Part shown: positions 33,676 through 43,772 of the stretch, piece after piece | How the letters are laid out: each line of letters begins with the position of its first letter | Position numbering within the stretch: the first letter of the stretch is position 1 | Origin: a virus | IMG/VR virus record: IMGVR_UViG_3300048823_000098 | Coordinates: 1-59,846 of that record | DNA: 59,846 nucleotides | Strand: one strand, 5' to 3' | The notes under the pieces: generated by a model | Databases searched by the model: none | The model's input: the letters and a program-made list of their open reading frames with translations, nothing else | Told to the model about the DNA's origin: nothing | Program-made: the position numbers and the translations under genes

Positions 33676-35246
33676 CAGAGTACCGCCGGCTCAAAGGTCA
33701 CCTGCGCATCGACGGTGAACAGCGGCGTAGGATCAGTCACCCGGTTGCGGATGAACAGATCGCGGTATTGCCCGAGGTTCCACCATTGCGCGCGTTGGTC
33801 GCTGCACCCCGGCAATCCGAGGTTCTGCGGATCCTGAAAACTTTCGTAGGTGCGTCCGTCAATCGAAGTGAGCAGATCTATTGTCGGAGCCACCGTGAGT
33901 GAGGAGCCTGCCCCTGGCGTCACCACTACTTCGATTCGCCGTACGATGATGCGATTATGGCCCGCGTAGACCGACTGGTAGGTCCACTCGCAGATCATCG
34001 GGCCGCCGAATTCGCTGAAGATGGTCGTATCGAGAATGCCGACATTGCTACCGAGAGCATCGCCGACCAGCTGGCCGCCCAGTCCGTTGTAGTAGCAGAG
34101 CACCCGCCACATGCCTAGCGGATCGCCCGCAGGAGTGTACGAAGCCAGCTCAAACCACTTCTGCGTCTTGCAGTCGTAGCACAGCGTGCGTCCTTTCGTG
34201 CCTTCGGGCGAGATAGCGTTCGGCAGCTGCAGGATGTATAGGGGGTGACCGGAAACCGTAGGCACCAGGGCGTACGCACCGAGGAGGCTTCCCTGCTCCC
34301 CGTTTGGACTCGCAATCTGCTGCAGGATTTGGTCGACGCCACTGTTCGATACCACCACGGGGGTTTGCCCGTTTAAACGCCGCACGGTCAGATCGTTCGC
34401 CACGAAGAAGGGCGCTTGATCTTGATGGGTCACCGTGTCACCGCATAGTGGGTGGCACCCTATCTCCGCGAAACTGTCGGGCGATGCGGCAAACGGCGAA
34501 CCTGTTGGATTGTTCGTCCCCGTCACGTAGCCCTCCGTCGTGCGCACTCCGAACAGCAGCAGCTGCCGGTGATCGACGACTCCGCCGACAAACGGGTCGG
34601 TGCCGAATTCACGCGTGAACGAAGCCACCGGGCTCGTCGCGAAAGAGATCTGAGCAAACCCCGTGACGGAGAAGCCCTGGTCGTTGTAAAAGGTCTTGGT
34701 CTGCGCGCCGCCGCCCAGGAACACGATGAAGTTATCCAGATACCAGAGGTTCATCGTGACCGTCGGGTAGCCGGCCGGCACGGTCAACACCGCGAAGGTG
34801 CCAACGTACGGGCTGGCCGCGCTCGTCAGCGACCACGTCCACATATTGTTCGTACCCGGCTGCAGGATCACCATGCACGCGTTGTTGTCCGCCATGCGAA
34901 CAAAACCGTTGCCGGTGATCGCCGTCGATCCATTTAACTGCGTAAGCGTAGCCTGTTGGGTCACCGGGTCGACGCTCATCTGATAGAGGTTGGGTCCGAT
35001 GACGCAATACTGCACGCCGGCCATCTCCCAATAACCGCGCACCGGGAAGCTCGAACCGTCCGTGCAGATCGTGCGGATGCCGGCCATACGCCGCAGCCAT
35101 GCCGGGTTAACCTCTGACTTCGCGTCAGCTGCCGAATCCTGATCCGCGGCTTCCGAGAAGCATCCTACCAACCGTTTGCCGCTCGCGCGCGGGTCGAGCG
35201 CAGTGTAGGAGCCGAGAGGCAGCGCTTCTGATACTTGCTTGCCCAC
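33675..35246 (-). CDS. P22 gp10-like tail hub / DNA stabilisation protein
   Basis: Size and position after the gp4-like gene. N-terminal pattern ...GIRTI...VRGYWEMAGVQYCVIGPNLYQM resembles gp10. Confidence 0.6.
   Translation of the reverse strand: MGKQVSEALPLGSYTALDPRASGKRLVGCFSEAADQDSAADAKSEVNPAWLRRMAGIRTICTDGSSFPVRGYWEMAGVQYCVIGPNLYQMSVDPVTQQATLTQLNGSTAITGNGFVRMADNNACMVILQPGTNNMWTWSLTSAASPYVGTFAVLTVPAGYPTVTMNLWYLDNFIVFLGGGAQTKTFYNDQGFSVTGFAQISFATSPVASFTREFGTDPFVGGVVDHRQLLLFGVRTTEGYVTGTNNPTGSPFAASPDSFAEIGCHPLCGDTVTHQDQAPFFVANDLTVRRLNGQTPVVVSNSGVDQILQQIASPNGEQGSLLGAYALVPTVSGHPLYILQLPNAISPEGTKGRTLCYDCKTQKWFELASYTPAGDPLGMWRVLCYYNGLGGQLVGDALGSNVGILDTTIFSEFGGPMICEWTYQSVYAGHNRIIVRRIEVVVTPGAGSSLTVAPTIDLLTSIDGRTYESFQDPQNLGLPGCSDQRAQWWNLGQYRDLFIRNRVTDPTPLFTVDAQVTFEPAVL
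34371..34378. repeat. GTTTAAAC palindrome copy
   Basis: Perfect octamer inside the gp10-like gene (CGT TTA AAC). Confidence 0.9.
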
Positions 35247-35249
35247 CCG

Positions 35250-35684
35250 CTACATCCAGTTCGGGCCGCCCCACGGGCCGCCCTGCGCACGCGACAGCTC
35301 GCCGAAGTCTGCGTCAACGGACCACAATGAGCGCTTTGACAGGCGCCGGAACGCGGATTTGATTTGCGCAGCCAGTGACATCTGGTCGTCCTGATCGTAG
35401 GGATTCGAGGAAGCCGGGATAGTGATGCCGTAGTGAATCGCAAGCCACGCCGTAAGGCACAGCTTGACGTCGCCTATGTCTTCATCGCGCAGTGGCGCAA
35501 TGGCGGCAGCGTTGGTCTGCGGGTACCACCCCAAGTGCCACCCATCGCGCTGCTGCGTGAGCAGGTTGTCGTTGAGTATCGTCAGACCCGTGGCTGCTTG
35601 AGTCGGTGAGGGCGCTTTGCCGTCCGCAACAATGCCTACCTTGGTGAAGGCTTCATTGATGATTTGCGTGATCGTCTGCGTCAT
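35250..35684 (-). CDS. P22 gp4-like head-tail adaptor
   Basis: Size (144 aa), position, and N-terminal IINEAFTKVGIV...GLTILNDNLLTQQRDGWHLGW pattern. Confidence 0.55.
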   Translation of the reverse strand: MTQTITQIINEAFTKVGIVADGKAPSPTQAATGLTILNDNLLTQQRDGWHLGWYPQTNAAAIAPLRDEDIGDVKLCLTAWLAIHYGITIPASSNPYDQDDQMSLAAQIKSAFRRLSKRSLWSVDADFGELSRAQGGPWGGPNWM

Positions 35685-35803
35685 AGCGTCCTCTGTAATA
35701 TGTGCCGTCTCTCCGAGCTGTCACGACTTCCTTTAGCCTTACGGCACCGTGGTCGTTCACGAAGTGTGCACTTGGGTGAGGCAAGCGCACGAACCCTTCA
35801 GGC

Positions 35804-36190
35804 TTACAGCGTTCGAACCCACGTACGCGGCTGCACGCCCTTGGTGATGTCACCAAGCAACGAGTAGCGGTAGCGCACCGTGATGCCGGAGTTCAGCGAC
35901 GCAGCCGCCGTTCCGACAATCGAGTCGCCCGTGTTCGCGGCGACTGTGAGCGAGGTGATGTTGAACGTGCTCACTGAGTTTGAAAGCTCAGCGTCCGCCC
36001 CATCCGGGGGATTGAGCGGAAGGTTCACCGTCTCGGCGGCGAGAGTCGCCGCGAGATGGAACACCAGTTTGCCGCTCTGCATGTTGATGGTCTGACCTGT
36101 TACCAGGGCGCCACCACCGACGCTCGAATAGAAATCGAACGGCAGAGCCACGACATCGCCGTGCCCGTATCCGACTTGAATGTTAGCCAT
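35804..36190 (-). CDS. Hypothetical head-associated protein (128 aa)
   Basis: ORF immediately downstream of the coat gene. Confidence 0.55.
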   Translation of the reverse strand: MANIQVGYGHGDVVALPFDFYSSVGGGALVTGQTINMQSGKLVFHLAATLAAETVNLPLNPPDGADAELSNSVSTFNITSLTVAANTGDSIVGTAAASLNSGITVRYRYSLLGDITKGVQPRTWVRTL

Positions 36191-36202
36191 TCTCAGTTCT
36201 CC

Positions 36203-37477
36203 TTATGCCGGCACTGCGATCAGACGGACAGCCATTTCAGGGTAAGCCAAAACGAAGCCGTAGATCACGTCCAGACGCGCCGGAAGCACGTCGTTGCTGG
36301 GATCCCACTGCTGGGCGAACCGGATGTTGTAGCCTTCGAAACTCTCCGCGGCCGTCATCTTCACCAGGGGTGAAAGATCGAGCATCGGGGGGTTGGCGAA
36401 CACTACCGCGTCACGGTACCAGCCGAGAGACTGCTTGATCAGCTGACCAGACGCAGCGGCAAGGGCCGCGGTGCCGGACTGACCGAACACGAGGATCGCT
36501 GCGCCAGTGGCGGGGACAGAGTCCACGTTCTGGTAAGCGCCGCCCGTGATGATACCGGGGGCCAGCGGGACCGAGATCGCGCCAGCGGTATCGCTGATGG
36601 TCTGAGTGACCACAAACTGCTTCAAGCGGCCAAGCGAAATCTTCGATTCCGGGTCAACGTCGTTGACACCCGCAATCGAGACAATGTCGCCCGCGTTCAG
36701 CGTCGTGGTGCCCGAGCCCCAGCCGTTGGTGTTCAGCGTGAAGGTCGACACAAACGCGTTACCCGCGCCCGAGTTCGACTGTCCCGCGCCGTTCACTACC
36801 GGGGTAGAGCCAGTGATCGCACCAATCAAGTGGGTCGGCAGCTTCGTGTTACGGAAGCAGATGTACCCGGCCGCCTTGTCGGAGATCACGCCCTCAAGCC
36901 ACTGATCAGAGATCGTGCTCTCGGGATTGAACAGACCCTTGTTGTCCTGCACGAAATACTGCGAGGCCTGCGGCGTCGCATGGAACGTGCGCTTGCTGCC
37001 TTCCGGCGCAAGGGTTTCCGTCAAGTACCGCTCGTTGGCGAGCAGCTGGTTGAAGGTCTCAGTCGTGTTGTAAGCGCCAACAAACTTCGGCACGCTGTTC
37101 ACAACAGCGGTCGTGGCAACTTCGAGGACCGAAGCCACCTTCGCGATTGCCGGTTCGAGGAACTGCTCTTCGAAGTTGTTGACCAACATCGCGCGTTCGA
37201 CGGACGTGAAGTTCAGGTCGACACCGGCCTGATTGTTGACGTTCAGCGTTGCGAAACGCTGCACGCTGTTCTGCGCGTTCATCGCGGGGCCAGTGCGGGC
37301 CACGTATTGGAACGGCAGACGGATCGAGAGCTGCTGGCCCAGGATGACACCATTGATCGGTCCCGGCAGCAGGCTCTGGAAGTCACGGTTTGTACGTCCC
37401 GTGAAGTTGCTCTTGGAGTGCATAAGGACAAGCGCCTTACGTGCGACCCACTGAGCAGAGATGAGTGAATTAGCCAT
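36203..37477 (-). CDS. Major capsid protein, P22-coat-like
   Basis: 424 aa, directly after the scaffold. The C-terminal pattern WYRDAVVFANPP...FEGYNIRFAQQWD...LDVIYGFVLAYPE parallels P22 gp5. Confidence 0.8.
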   Translation of the reverse strand: MANSLISAQWVARKALVLMHSKSNFTGRTNRDFQSLLPGPINGVILGQQLSIRLPFQYVARTGPAMNAQNSVQRFATLNVNNQAGVDLNFTSVERAMLVNNFEEQFLEPAIAKVASVLEVATTAVVNSVPKFVGAYNTTETFNQLLANERYLTETLAPEGSKRTFHATPQASQYFVQDNKGLFNPESTISDQWLEGVISDKAAGYICFRNTKLPTHLIGAITGSTPVVNGAGQSNSGAGNAFVSTFTLNTNGWGSGTTTLNAGDIVSIAGVNDVDPESKISLGRLKQFVVTQTISDTAGAISVPLAPGIITGGAYQNVDSVPATGAAILVFGQSGTAALAAASGQLIKQSLGWYRDAVVFANPPMLDLSPLVKMTAAESFEGYNIRFAQQWDPSNDVLPARLDVIYGFVLAYPEMAVRLIAVPA

Positions 37478-37498
37478 TTTTTTCCTTCAAAACAGAGG

Positions 37499-38650
37499 TC
37501 ATCTCAGCCCGCGTAGCTTTCGCGACGCTTCGCGCTGAGATTGGCGACCCTCGTAATGCCGTCTCGCAAAATCTTCCATGCTCAGGCCTGGATCCTGAAT
37601 GTCTCTGGCCTGCGAGCGGTTGCCAGCAGGTACGCGAGTCGGCGGCGGAGGGGCGTTGGATGTGGACTTCGTTGTCTTAACCGTCGGAGTCTTAGACGCG
37701 TCCGACGCAGGGGTGGCGTTCTTCGGGGCTATCACGGGTTTTCCTTGCTTGATGGTTGCTCTGATCGTGCCCAGTTCGAGTAGCTGATCCTCGGGAGGCA
37801 ACTTGGCGATGCGCACTGCATCGACCTTGTGCCTACCGAGCCAGTACAGGAGGTCGGGGCCGTCTTCAGAGAGAATCATTGTGCGAGCAGCTAGGGGGCC
37901 AAAAGTCGGTAGGGTAGAGACCGCAGTTACGAAGTCTTTGTGCGTCTCGGCGAATTTCGCCGCGCGTGCGTTGTACGTTTCTACTACTTTTTGGAGTTCA
38001 GTGTTTGGTGCTGATGCTGCCGTTGCAGCGGCTTTAGACCGCCTTGCAAGTTCCCGATCTGTCCACGCTTTGACTTCTCGATTGAATGCCGTGGGGTCAT
38101 AGTTGATCCCGGGGTCTTCCATCGAGGGCATGGGGTCTGCCGGCTCCGCTTGGGTTGCAGTCGCTGCGGGGGTCGGAGTAGTGACCTTCTTTCGAAGCTC
38201 AGCTATCTCCGCATCTTTTGCAGCGATTACTTCTTGTGCGTATGTGCCGTAGGCCTTGTAGCCTTCGCGTTCGTCGATCACTTCCTGAATGCGTTCCGCA
38301 GCAGAGCCTTTCTTCGGCGGCGGAGTGACGGTACTGCCGTCGTCCTCTGTCGTCTCGGTGGTCTCTGTTTCGCCGCTGGGAGCGGCGGGGTCTGGGGTGG
38401 ACGGATCCCCATTTGCGCCATTTTCGTCCGAAGTCCCATCTCCCTGTTCGTCAGGGTCCGTTACAACCTCGTCGCCCGATGGGGGTGTTCCGAGGTCGGC
38501 ATCGTCTTCAACAGTGACCGATTCGTCGGCCGGCGGATCCTGCTTTGTCGCAGCAGGGGGCGTTTTACCCGTAAACGGGTTGATCTTGTCGTCTACCTGA
38601 ACCTGCGGACGTTTTTCATACTCCGCCAGTTCTTCGCGTGTGAAGGCCAT
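37499..38650 (-). CDS. Scaffolding protein
   Basis: Acidic, Pro/Thr/Glu-rich and helical. Lies between portal and coat. Confidence 0.7.
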   Translation of the reverse strand: MAFTREELAEYEKRPQVQVDDKINPFTGKTPPAATKQDPPADESVTVEDDADLGTPPSGDEVVTDPDEQGDGTSDENGANGDPSTPDPAAPSGETETTETTEDDGSTVTPPPKKGSAAERIQEVIDEREGYKAYGTYAQEVIAAKDAEIAELRKKVTTPTPAATATQAEPADPMPSMEDPGINYDPTAFNREVKAWTDRELARRSKAAATAASAPNTELQKVVETYNARAAKFAETHKDFVTAVSTLPTFGPLAARTMILSEDGPDLLYWLGRHKVDAVRIAKLPPEDQLLELGTIRATIKQGKPVIAPKNATPASDASKTPTVKTTKSTSNAPPPPTRVPAGNRSQARDIQDPGLSMEDFARRHYEGRQSQREASRKLRGLR

Positions 38651-38702
38651 CGTGATCTCCTAAATGCACGGCATATCGCTGCCGCGAGGCGATGTCACCA
38701 GA

Positions 38703-40856
38703 TCAAGCAGACTGGGGCTGGGGCGTCGGTGTAGACGTTCCCTGCGCGGTGGATTCCGCTTCTTCAGCTGCACCGGGTTCTCTTAACTTTTTCGCCGCTA
38801 GCTCGTTGGCTAGATGTCGGCCGGCGGTCTCGTACATTACTCGCAGTCCTTCCATGTGGCTCATGCCGGCCTTGCTCTGCGCGATGGTTGTGTCCGCGCC
38901 GAGTTTCTGCAACTTCGCCTGCGCCAGCGCCTGCTCCAGTTGCTTCATCGGATCGGGCTTCGGAGGGGGCACATTCTCGCCCTCGGAGGGCTTAACGATG
39001 CCCTGCTGAATGAGCGGGATACGCAGCCGTCGCGCCATCTCGTGCGCGTCGGGCGAATCGAGGTTCTTCGCGAGAAGATCGGGGCAATACTGAGCGACGA
39101 GCGGAATGGACTCCGCAGCTTCGAGCAGAATCTGCAGCGTCTCTTGGCGCTGAGTCTGGAAGTTCGGGCCGATGGTGACGGTCACATCGTACCGGCCTTT
39201 CTTGAGATCGTTGATCAGGTTCCCCGCGTCCTCGGGGTTCTCCTGATTGATACGCGCAACCTGCTCGGAGAAGTCAGCGCCGAGAATGCGTATCACCCGC
39301 TCCGTGTCATACACGGTCGGGATCATGTCGATGAACAGTTCCCACGTCAGCTGCAGAGCTGCGTTGTAGCCGTCGACGAATTCATAGCTGCCCAGGTCGG
39401 AGCGCTTCGTGTGCTGCACGAGCGCCTTACCCGACACGCGATTCATTTCCTCCGCGTTGCCGAGGTTGTTATCGTAGATGCCGGTGGTCGCCTGGATGTC
39501 CGACTGCGCCAGCTGCGCGAGCGCGAGAGCACCCTGCGGCAGATCGATAGGCGGAGTGCGGAACGGCATGCCGCCTTCCGGCGCGTTCTTGTCGATGTTG
39601 TATGGCAGGTACGGGCGGCTGGCGACGTTCGCCTGATTCCACTCGTTCTCGTAACCCTTGATCATCGTCTCGGTGACGAGGTACGGAGCCTTCGGGATGA
39701 GAGCGCTGCGCTCGATCATGTCCGAGCAGCGCGAATTGTAGCTGCGCTGCGCATCCTTCGCGTGACGGATAAGGCCCTGAAGTTTCTTGCGGCCCTCGAT
39801 GTTGACGTAGCGACCAGGGCAACGAACAACGGGGATACGCTTCCAGTTATAGAGGTACGGGCCTTCAAGGACGCGCGAACCGTCCATCTTGACCCACAGC
39901 ACCTGCCAGGAAATGGTGGTGCGAATCTTTTTGTTGCCGTCGCGATCCGTGGCGATTCGATTTACGTGATCGCCCGCTGCTGTCAATCCGTGCTCGTCGA
40001 ACAGTTTCTCGCGCGCTTTCAGCTGCGCATCGAAATCTACGACGTCGCCATTCTCCATCAGCGCAATCTGCTTCTGTTTCGGCACGCGCTCGAAGTATTC
40101 GCCGATGCGCACTTCGTGGTCCGTGAACCAGCCATAGCTGTCGCGTGAGAAATTTAAACTAACCCCGCTATCATCCGCGTCGCCGTAGAGCGCTTTGTAC
40201 ATGCTCTCGCTGATACGCTCCGCGATCATGCAGCGGTTGGCATCGCCTGCCGTGGGGTCGTTACACTCAGGATCCCACACCACTGTCTGCGGGTTCGGAA
40301 TGTCGACGACACGTAGCACCTGATCGAAGGCACCCTCGCCATCGTCAGCTTCCCACACCGGCATGACGCGCCATGCGCCATATCCGCCAGCCACTGAATA
40401 CTTGTACTGGCCCTTATAGATGACATCCGCGCGCGAGGCCTGCTCAATCGAGCGGCCCAGGCCCGCGTAGATGTCAGCGATATCTTCCTTCGCTCCGTCC
40501 GACGCCGGCCGCACCTTGGCGGAGGGGCGCGTCTGCCTCATATCCGCCACGATGGTGTTGACCGGGCCGATGCAGCGATTGAACGTGTAGCACGGCTTTC
40601 CGCGCCGATTCATCAGAACAACCGGATCCCACTGGCCCATAGCCTCGGAGTTGTAGACGAAGTTGAGATCTTCCGAGTGCATGCGCCGGTTCTCTTCGAA
40701 GGCTCCCACGCCCTCGTCGTAGAACATGCGCCCGCGCCCGAGCAGCAGCTCGTTGTCGTTTACCTCTTCCTCGAATCCAGGCAGGTTGGATCGGTCCTGG
40801 GTCTCGAACCCAGGAACCGTGCCTGCCAGATCGTAGTTGCTAGGCCCGTACGCCAC
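38703..40856 (-). CDS. Portal protein, P22 gp1-like
   Basis: 717 aa. VNTIVADMRQTRP...AGGYGAWRV aligns by eye with P22 VRKLVSEMRQNP...AGVGAWRL. Helical C-terminal barrel region. Confidence 0.85.
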   Translation of the reverse strand: MAYGPSNYDLAGTVPGFETQDRSNLPGFEEEVNDNELLLGRGRMFYDEGVGAFEENRRMHSEDLNFVYNSEAMGQWDPVVLMNRRGKPCYTFNRCIGPVNTIVADMRQTRPSAKVRPASDGAKEDIADIYAGLGRSIEQASRADVIYKGQYKYSVAGGYGAWRVMPVWEADDGEGAFDQVLRVVDIPNPQTVVWDPECNDPTAGDANRCMIAERISESMYKALYGDADDSGVSLNFSRDSYGWFTDHEVRIGEYFERVPKQKQIALMENGDVVDFDAQLKAREKLFDEHGLTAAGDHVNRIATDRDGNKKIRTTISWQVLWVKMDGSRVLEGPYLYNWKRIPVVRCPGRYVNIEGRKKLQGLIRHAKDAQRSYNSRCSDMIERSALIPKAPYLVTETMIKGYENEWNQANVASRPYLPYNIDKNAPEGGMPFRTPPIDLPQGALALAQLAQSDIQATTGIYDNNLGNAEEMNRVSGKALVQHTKRSDLGSYEFVDGYNAALQLTWELFIDMIPTVYDTERVIRILGADFSEQVARINQENPEDAGNLINDLKKGRYDVTVTIGPNFQTQRQETLQILLEAAESIPLVAQYCPDLLAKNLDSPDAHEMARRLRIPLIQQGIVKPSEGENVPPPKPDPMKQLEQALAQAKLQKLGADTTIAQSKAGMSHMEGLRVMYETAGRHLANELAAKKLREPGAAEEAESTAQGTSTPTPQPQSA

Positions 40857-41336
40857 TTACGTCGGCATCTCGTCGAGAATAATCCGCAGGCCTTCGCCGA
40901 CTGCGAAACCGCCCCATTGATTGGGCGGCAAGTAGATTGTGTTCTGATCCGTCCACGCTTTGATGTCCTTGCCTTCCTTATCCTTCTTGCCAACCGGCGC
41001 CAGCACCTGCGTCTTGATGCGCATGATGTTGCGCACGCTGCTGTTGCGGAAATCGATGTTGGTGACCGCGCCTTTGCGCTCGACCACCAGATTCTTCAGC
41101 CCGAAACTGATGCTCGGCGAGTACGTGCCCAGCAGTTTGTCGGGGTTGCGCTTGTCGCGGTCCTGCTCCACCTCAACATCCTCGCGCGTACCGGGTTTCT
41201 TCTCGAAGTGCCATTCCTTGGCTCCGACCACCATTCCGTCCGATGTTTCGGTACCTTTTACGCGCTCGACCGTCGCCGCGACTTGCTGGCGAAGTCGCAA
41301 GCCGTCCACGTGCTGTAGTGTCAGAAAAATAGCCAT
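40857..41336 (-). CDS. Hypothetical protein between TerL and portal (159 aa)
   Basis: AGGTGAGG SD before the ATG at 41336. The stop abuts the portal start. Confidence 0.55.
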   Translation of the reverse strand: MAIFLTLQHVDGLRLRQQVAATVERVKGTETSDGMVVGAKEWHFEKKPGTREDVEVEQDRDKRNPDKLLGTYSPSISFGLKNLVVERKGAVTNIDFRNSSVRNIMRIKTQVLAPVGKKDKEGKDIKAWTDQNTIYLPPNQWGGFAVGEGLRIILDEMPT

Positions 41337-41352
41337 GTTTGCCTCACCTGTG

Positions 41353-42084
41353 TTAGCCGGACCAATCCGGCGGATTCCAATGAAACCACGGCATGCCGTC
41401 GGGGCCATCCGCGGGCTTAACTCTTGCCACCGCGCGCCCGCTCATTACGTTGTAACGCAGCGCGTCCATTAGGTGGTCGTTCTCTTTGATGATCTCGCCC
41501 TTGTCGTTGCGGCGATACAGGCGCATCTCGTTGCGCGTGTTTGTCATCGTGTTGAATATCTTCAGCTGGCCTATCGCCAGCATGTGCCACACCTTCGTGA
41601 GACCCGCTACAACCGCGTTGTCCGCCAGTTCTACCGTCAGTCCCAGGTCAGCGTAAACCTCAGTCAGCTTCTTGCCGTCGTGTCCTCGCGCGCCTTTGGC
41701 CGCCGGATCAATCACGCCAGCCATCCACTTACCCTTGGCGTTGATCGCCGCTGCATGCGACGAGGGCTCGCGGACACCGACGTAGTATTCGTCGTAGGCG
41801 AACACGCTGCCATCGTCCGGGTTCCACGCCAGCCAGATGACCGCAGTGCGATTCCAGCCCGGGTCAATCGAATACGACCGAGGCCAGTGATCCGGCAGCG
41901 TGAATGGCGCGCACAGGATCTCCGTCTCCGGTATCGGGTAGATCGCGCCCGCTCCCGGCGATGGCGTGCCGTACATACGCGCGTCTCGCTGCCAGGGCGG
42001 GATACCCGAGAGTGCGGCCTCTTTCGATTCCGCAGACAGGTGGGGGACATCGTCCCAACCAACCATCACGCATGCCTTAGCCAT
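41353..42084 (-). CDS. terL: Terminase large subunit, C-terminal nuclease half (separate ORF)
   Basis: WDDVPHLSAESKEAAL...PPWQRDARMYGTPSPGAGAIYP aligns with P22 gp2 YDAEHYTDEQKEQII...PEHEREARARGIPTMGSGRIF. C-terminal NDHLMDALRY. Confidence 0.85.
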   Translation of the reverse strand: MAKACVMVGWDDVPHLSAESKEAALSGIPPWQRDARMYGTPSPGAGAIYPIPETEILCAPFTLPDHWPRSYSIDPGWNRTAVIWLAWNPDDGSVFAYDEYYVGVREPSSHAAAINAKGKWMAGVIDPAAKGARGHDGKKLTEVYADLGLTVELADNAVVAGLTKVWHMLAIGQLKIFNTMTNTRNEMRLYRRNDKGEIIKENDHLMDALRYNVMSGRAVARVKPADGPDGMPWFHWNPPDWSG

Positions 42085-42841
42085 TGGTCTGCTCGTCGAT
42101 AGGCACCGGGCTGAGGTGAGGCATGAATGCCAACATCAGCTTGGTGACGCCCATCAGTGGAGTCTCTGTTAGTAACAACATGCCGTTGCGGGTCATGAGT
42201 CTCAGGATACATTCCGCATAGATCTCAAGGTCCGGCTCCTCGTCTAAGTGAATGCCGTCGTTAGCCGTGCCTTGGAATGCTATGCGGCCCTGATCGTAAC
42301 TTTTAAGCTGCAACGTCGACACGCCGCCAGTCGGCACGTGCTTCACAAATACTGTTTCGTACGCGTCCGCGAGACCGTGCTTCACTGTCGTACGCAGGAT
42401 CAGATCGCCAGGAATCATTCCCGTGCCGTGAGCGGCGGCGTCACCCGGCTTGCCGCAATACACCGACTGCAGAATGTCCCGGGTGTTCTTACCGGTGTCG
42501 GTAGCAGCCCACCACTCTACGGGGCGCTTGAAACGATAGCCTTCCCACCAATCCGGGTACAGACCCGTGAGGTGAAGCGTATCCTCGAAAGTTCCGGTGA
42601 CTGTTTTTCCTGTGCGATTGCCGCCGAACATAGCGCGTTCCTGATACCTCGGACGACCCGTACCGTCGTCCTTTCCGAGTCGGAAGAATTCCATCGACTT
42701 AGGGTAGAGGTGCCGCGCAAACGGTCCTGTATCACTAAAGTAGGTCCAGATTCGATTGCGGCTTGCTCGGCGGTGCTTCGCTTCCATCAGTTCGAGAAGC
42801 TTCAAGCGCTCGTTGCGGCTTAAGTTCAGTAAACTCGGCAT
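42077..42841 (-). CDS. terL: Terminase large subunit, N-terminal ATPase half (separate ORF; the track offers GTG 42916 as an alternative start)
   Basis: Walker A FGGNRTGKT. Walker B GIHLDEEP. Coupling motif LTETPLMG. N-terminus LLNLSRNERLKLLELMEAK parallels P22 gp2. GC3 switches to this frame near 42841. Confidence 0.85.
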   Translation of the reverse strand: MPSLLNLSRNERLKLLELMEAKHRRASRNRIWTYFSDTGPFARHLYPKSMEFFRLGKDDGTGRPRYQERAMFGGNRTGKTVTGTFEDTLHLTGLYPDWWEGYRFKRPVEWWAATDTGKNTRDILQSVYCGKPGDAAAHGTGMIPGDLILRTTVKHGLADAYETVFVKHVPTGGVSTLQLKSYDQGRIAFQGTANDGIHLDEEPDLEIYAECILRLMTRNGMLLLTETPLMGVTKLMLAFMPHLSPVPIDEQTNG

Positions 42842-43772
42842 CGATAGTTCGATTAATGATTCGGCCGTATCCTTGCTCGACGAGCTGGAGGATTCTGGTG
42901 TTGATTTGGTCGTCACTCAACTTCTCCGTCACATTCATGTTCACGTTCACGCGCGGGCCATACGTATCAGGCATATGAGCCTCCATCACGCGCTGCAAGA
43001 GACGACTGTCTCCCTTGTAAGCACGACTGATCGCTTCGCGATCCATCACCTTCAGTGCCCAAGGCTGCATCTCTTCGACTGCAGTTGCGAATTCGGGGTT
43101 GTCACGCAATTCGGTCTCGTACGCCCAGTTCGAGCATCCGATGGCCGATATCGCGGCGGCGAGATCGCCAGTGTTGATCCACGCGCGGAAGAACAGGACG
43201 CGTTTATCGTCGGTCCACTCAAAATCCTCCGTCAACGAAGCCGTGTGCGATAGCCCATACTGTTCTTCGAGGAACGTGACCGATTCGCGGAACGGTTTCG
43301 AGTAGCTGAGCCGCGCCTGGAAGTCCGCCATCGTCTTCCCCACCTCCGCAGCAGCCTCAGCGAAGTCACGCTTGTCGGCGTACGCCTTCAAAAACCGTTT
43401 TTCGAGCGGATCCGGCTCAAGCGGAGCGATGGTGGACTCGCCGAGCACCTTTGCCGCGGGATCTCGCTGCGCGTAAGAGCCGCGCTTGCCGTGGCTTGTG
43501 TATTCGGCTTCACCGCGTCCGCCCATCGGCAGTCGGCCCTTGCGAATTCGATGGCAATCGACGCACATACGGTCGTTATTCGCGAACCACGTCGATTTAT
43601 GCCCATATCCGCACACCTCGCCGAGATAAAAGTGCTTCCAACCGCGCGCGAGCGCTTCGTCTTTCGTCACGAGTCGCGTCGGCACGTGGTTATAGAGATC
43701 TGGGCGTCCGTCTTTGTTCAGCGGGGCGATAGCCGCCATCTCTTTGTTGCTCAACTTCGGCCAATCAGCCAT
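42735..43772 (-). CDS. terS: Terminase small subunit (345 aa) with N-terminal Cys-rich segment
   Basis: Immediately upstream of TerL. GGAGAG SD. Motif CGYGHKSTWFANNDRMCVDCH. Confidence 0.65.
   Translation of the reverse strand: MADWPKLSNKEMAAIAPLNKDGRPDLYNHVPTRLVTKDEALARGWKHFYLGEVCGYGHKSTWFANNDRMCVDCHRIRKGRLPMGGRGEAEYTSHGKRGSYAQRDPAAKVLGESTIAPLEPDPLEKRFLKAYADKRDFAEAAAEVGKTMADFQARLSYSKPFRESVTFLEEQYGLSHTASLTEDFEWTDDKRVLFFRAWINTGDLAAAISAIGCSNWAYETELRDNPEFATAVEEMQPWALKVMDREAISRAYKGDSRLLQRVMEAHMPDTYGPRVNVNMNVTEKLSDDQINTRILQLVEQGYGRIINRTIDAEFTELKPQRALEASRTDGSEAPPSKPQSNLDLL

Noticed and set aside
42842-42916. GTG 42916 (with a GGAGAAG SD) as the TerL start, as given by the ORF track
   Set aside because: In 42842..42916 the TerS frame has the higher GC3. 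Similarity to P22 gp2 begins at MPSLLNLS (ATG 42841). I could not exclude the longer form.
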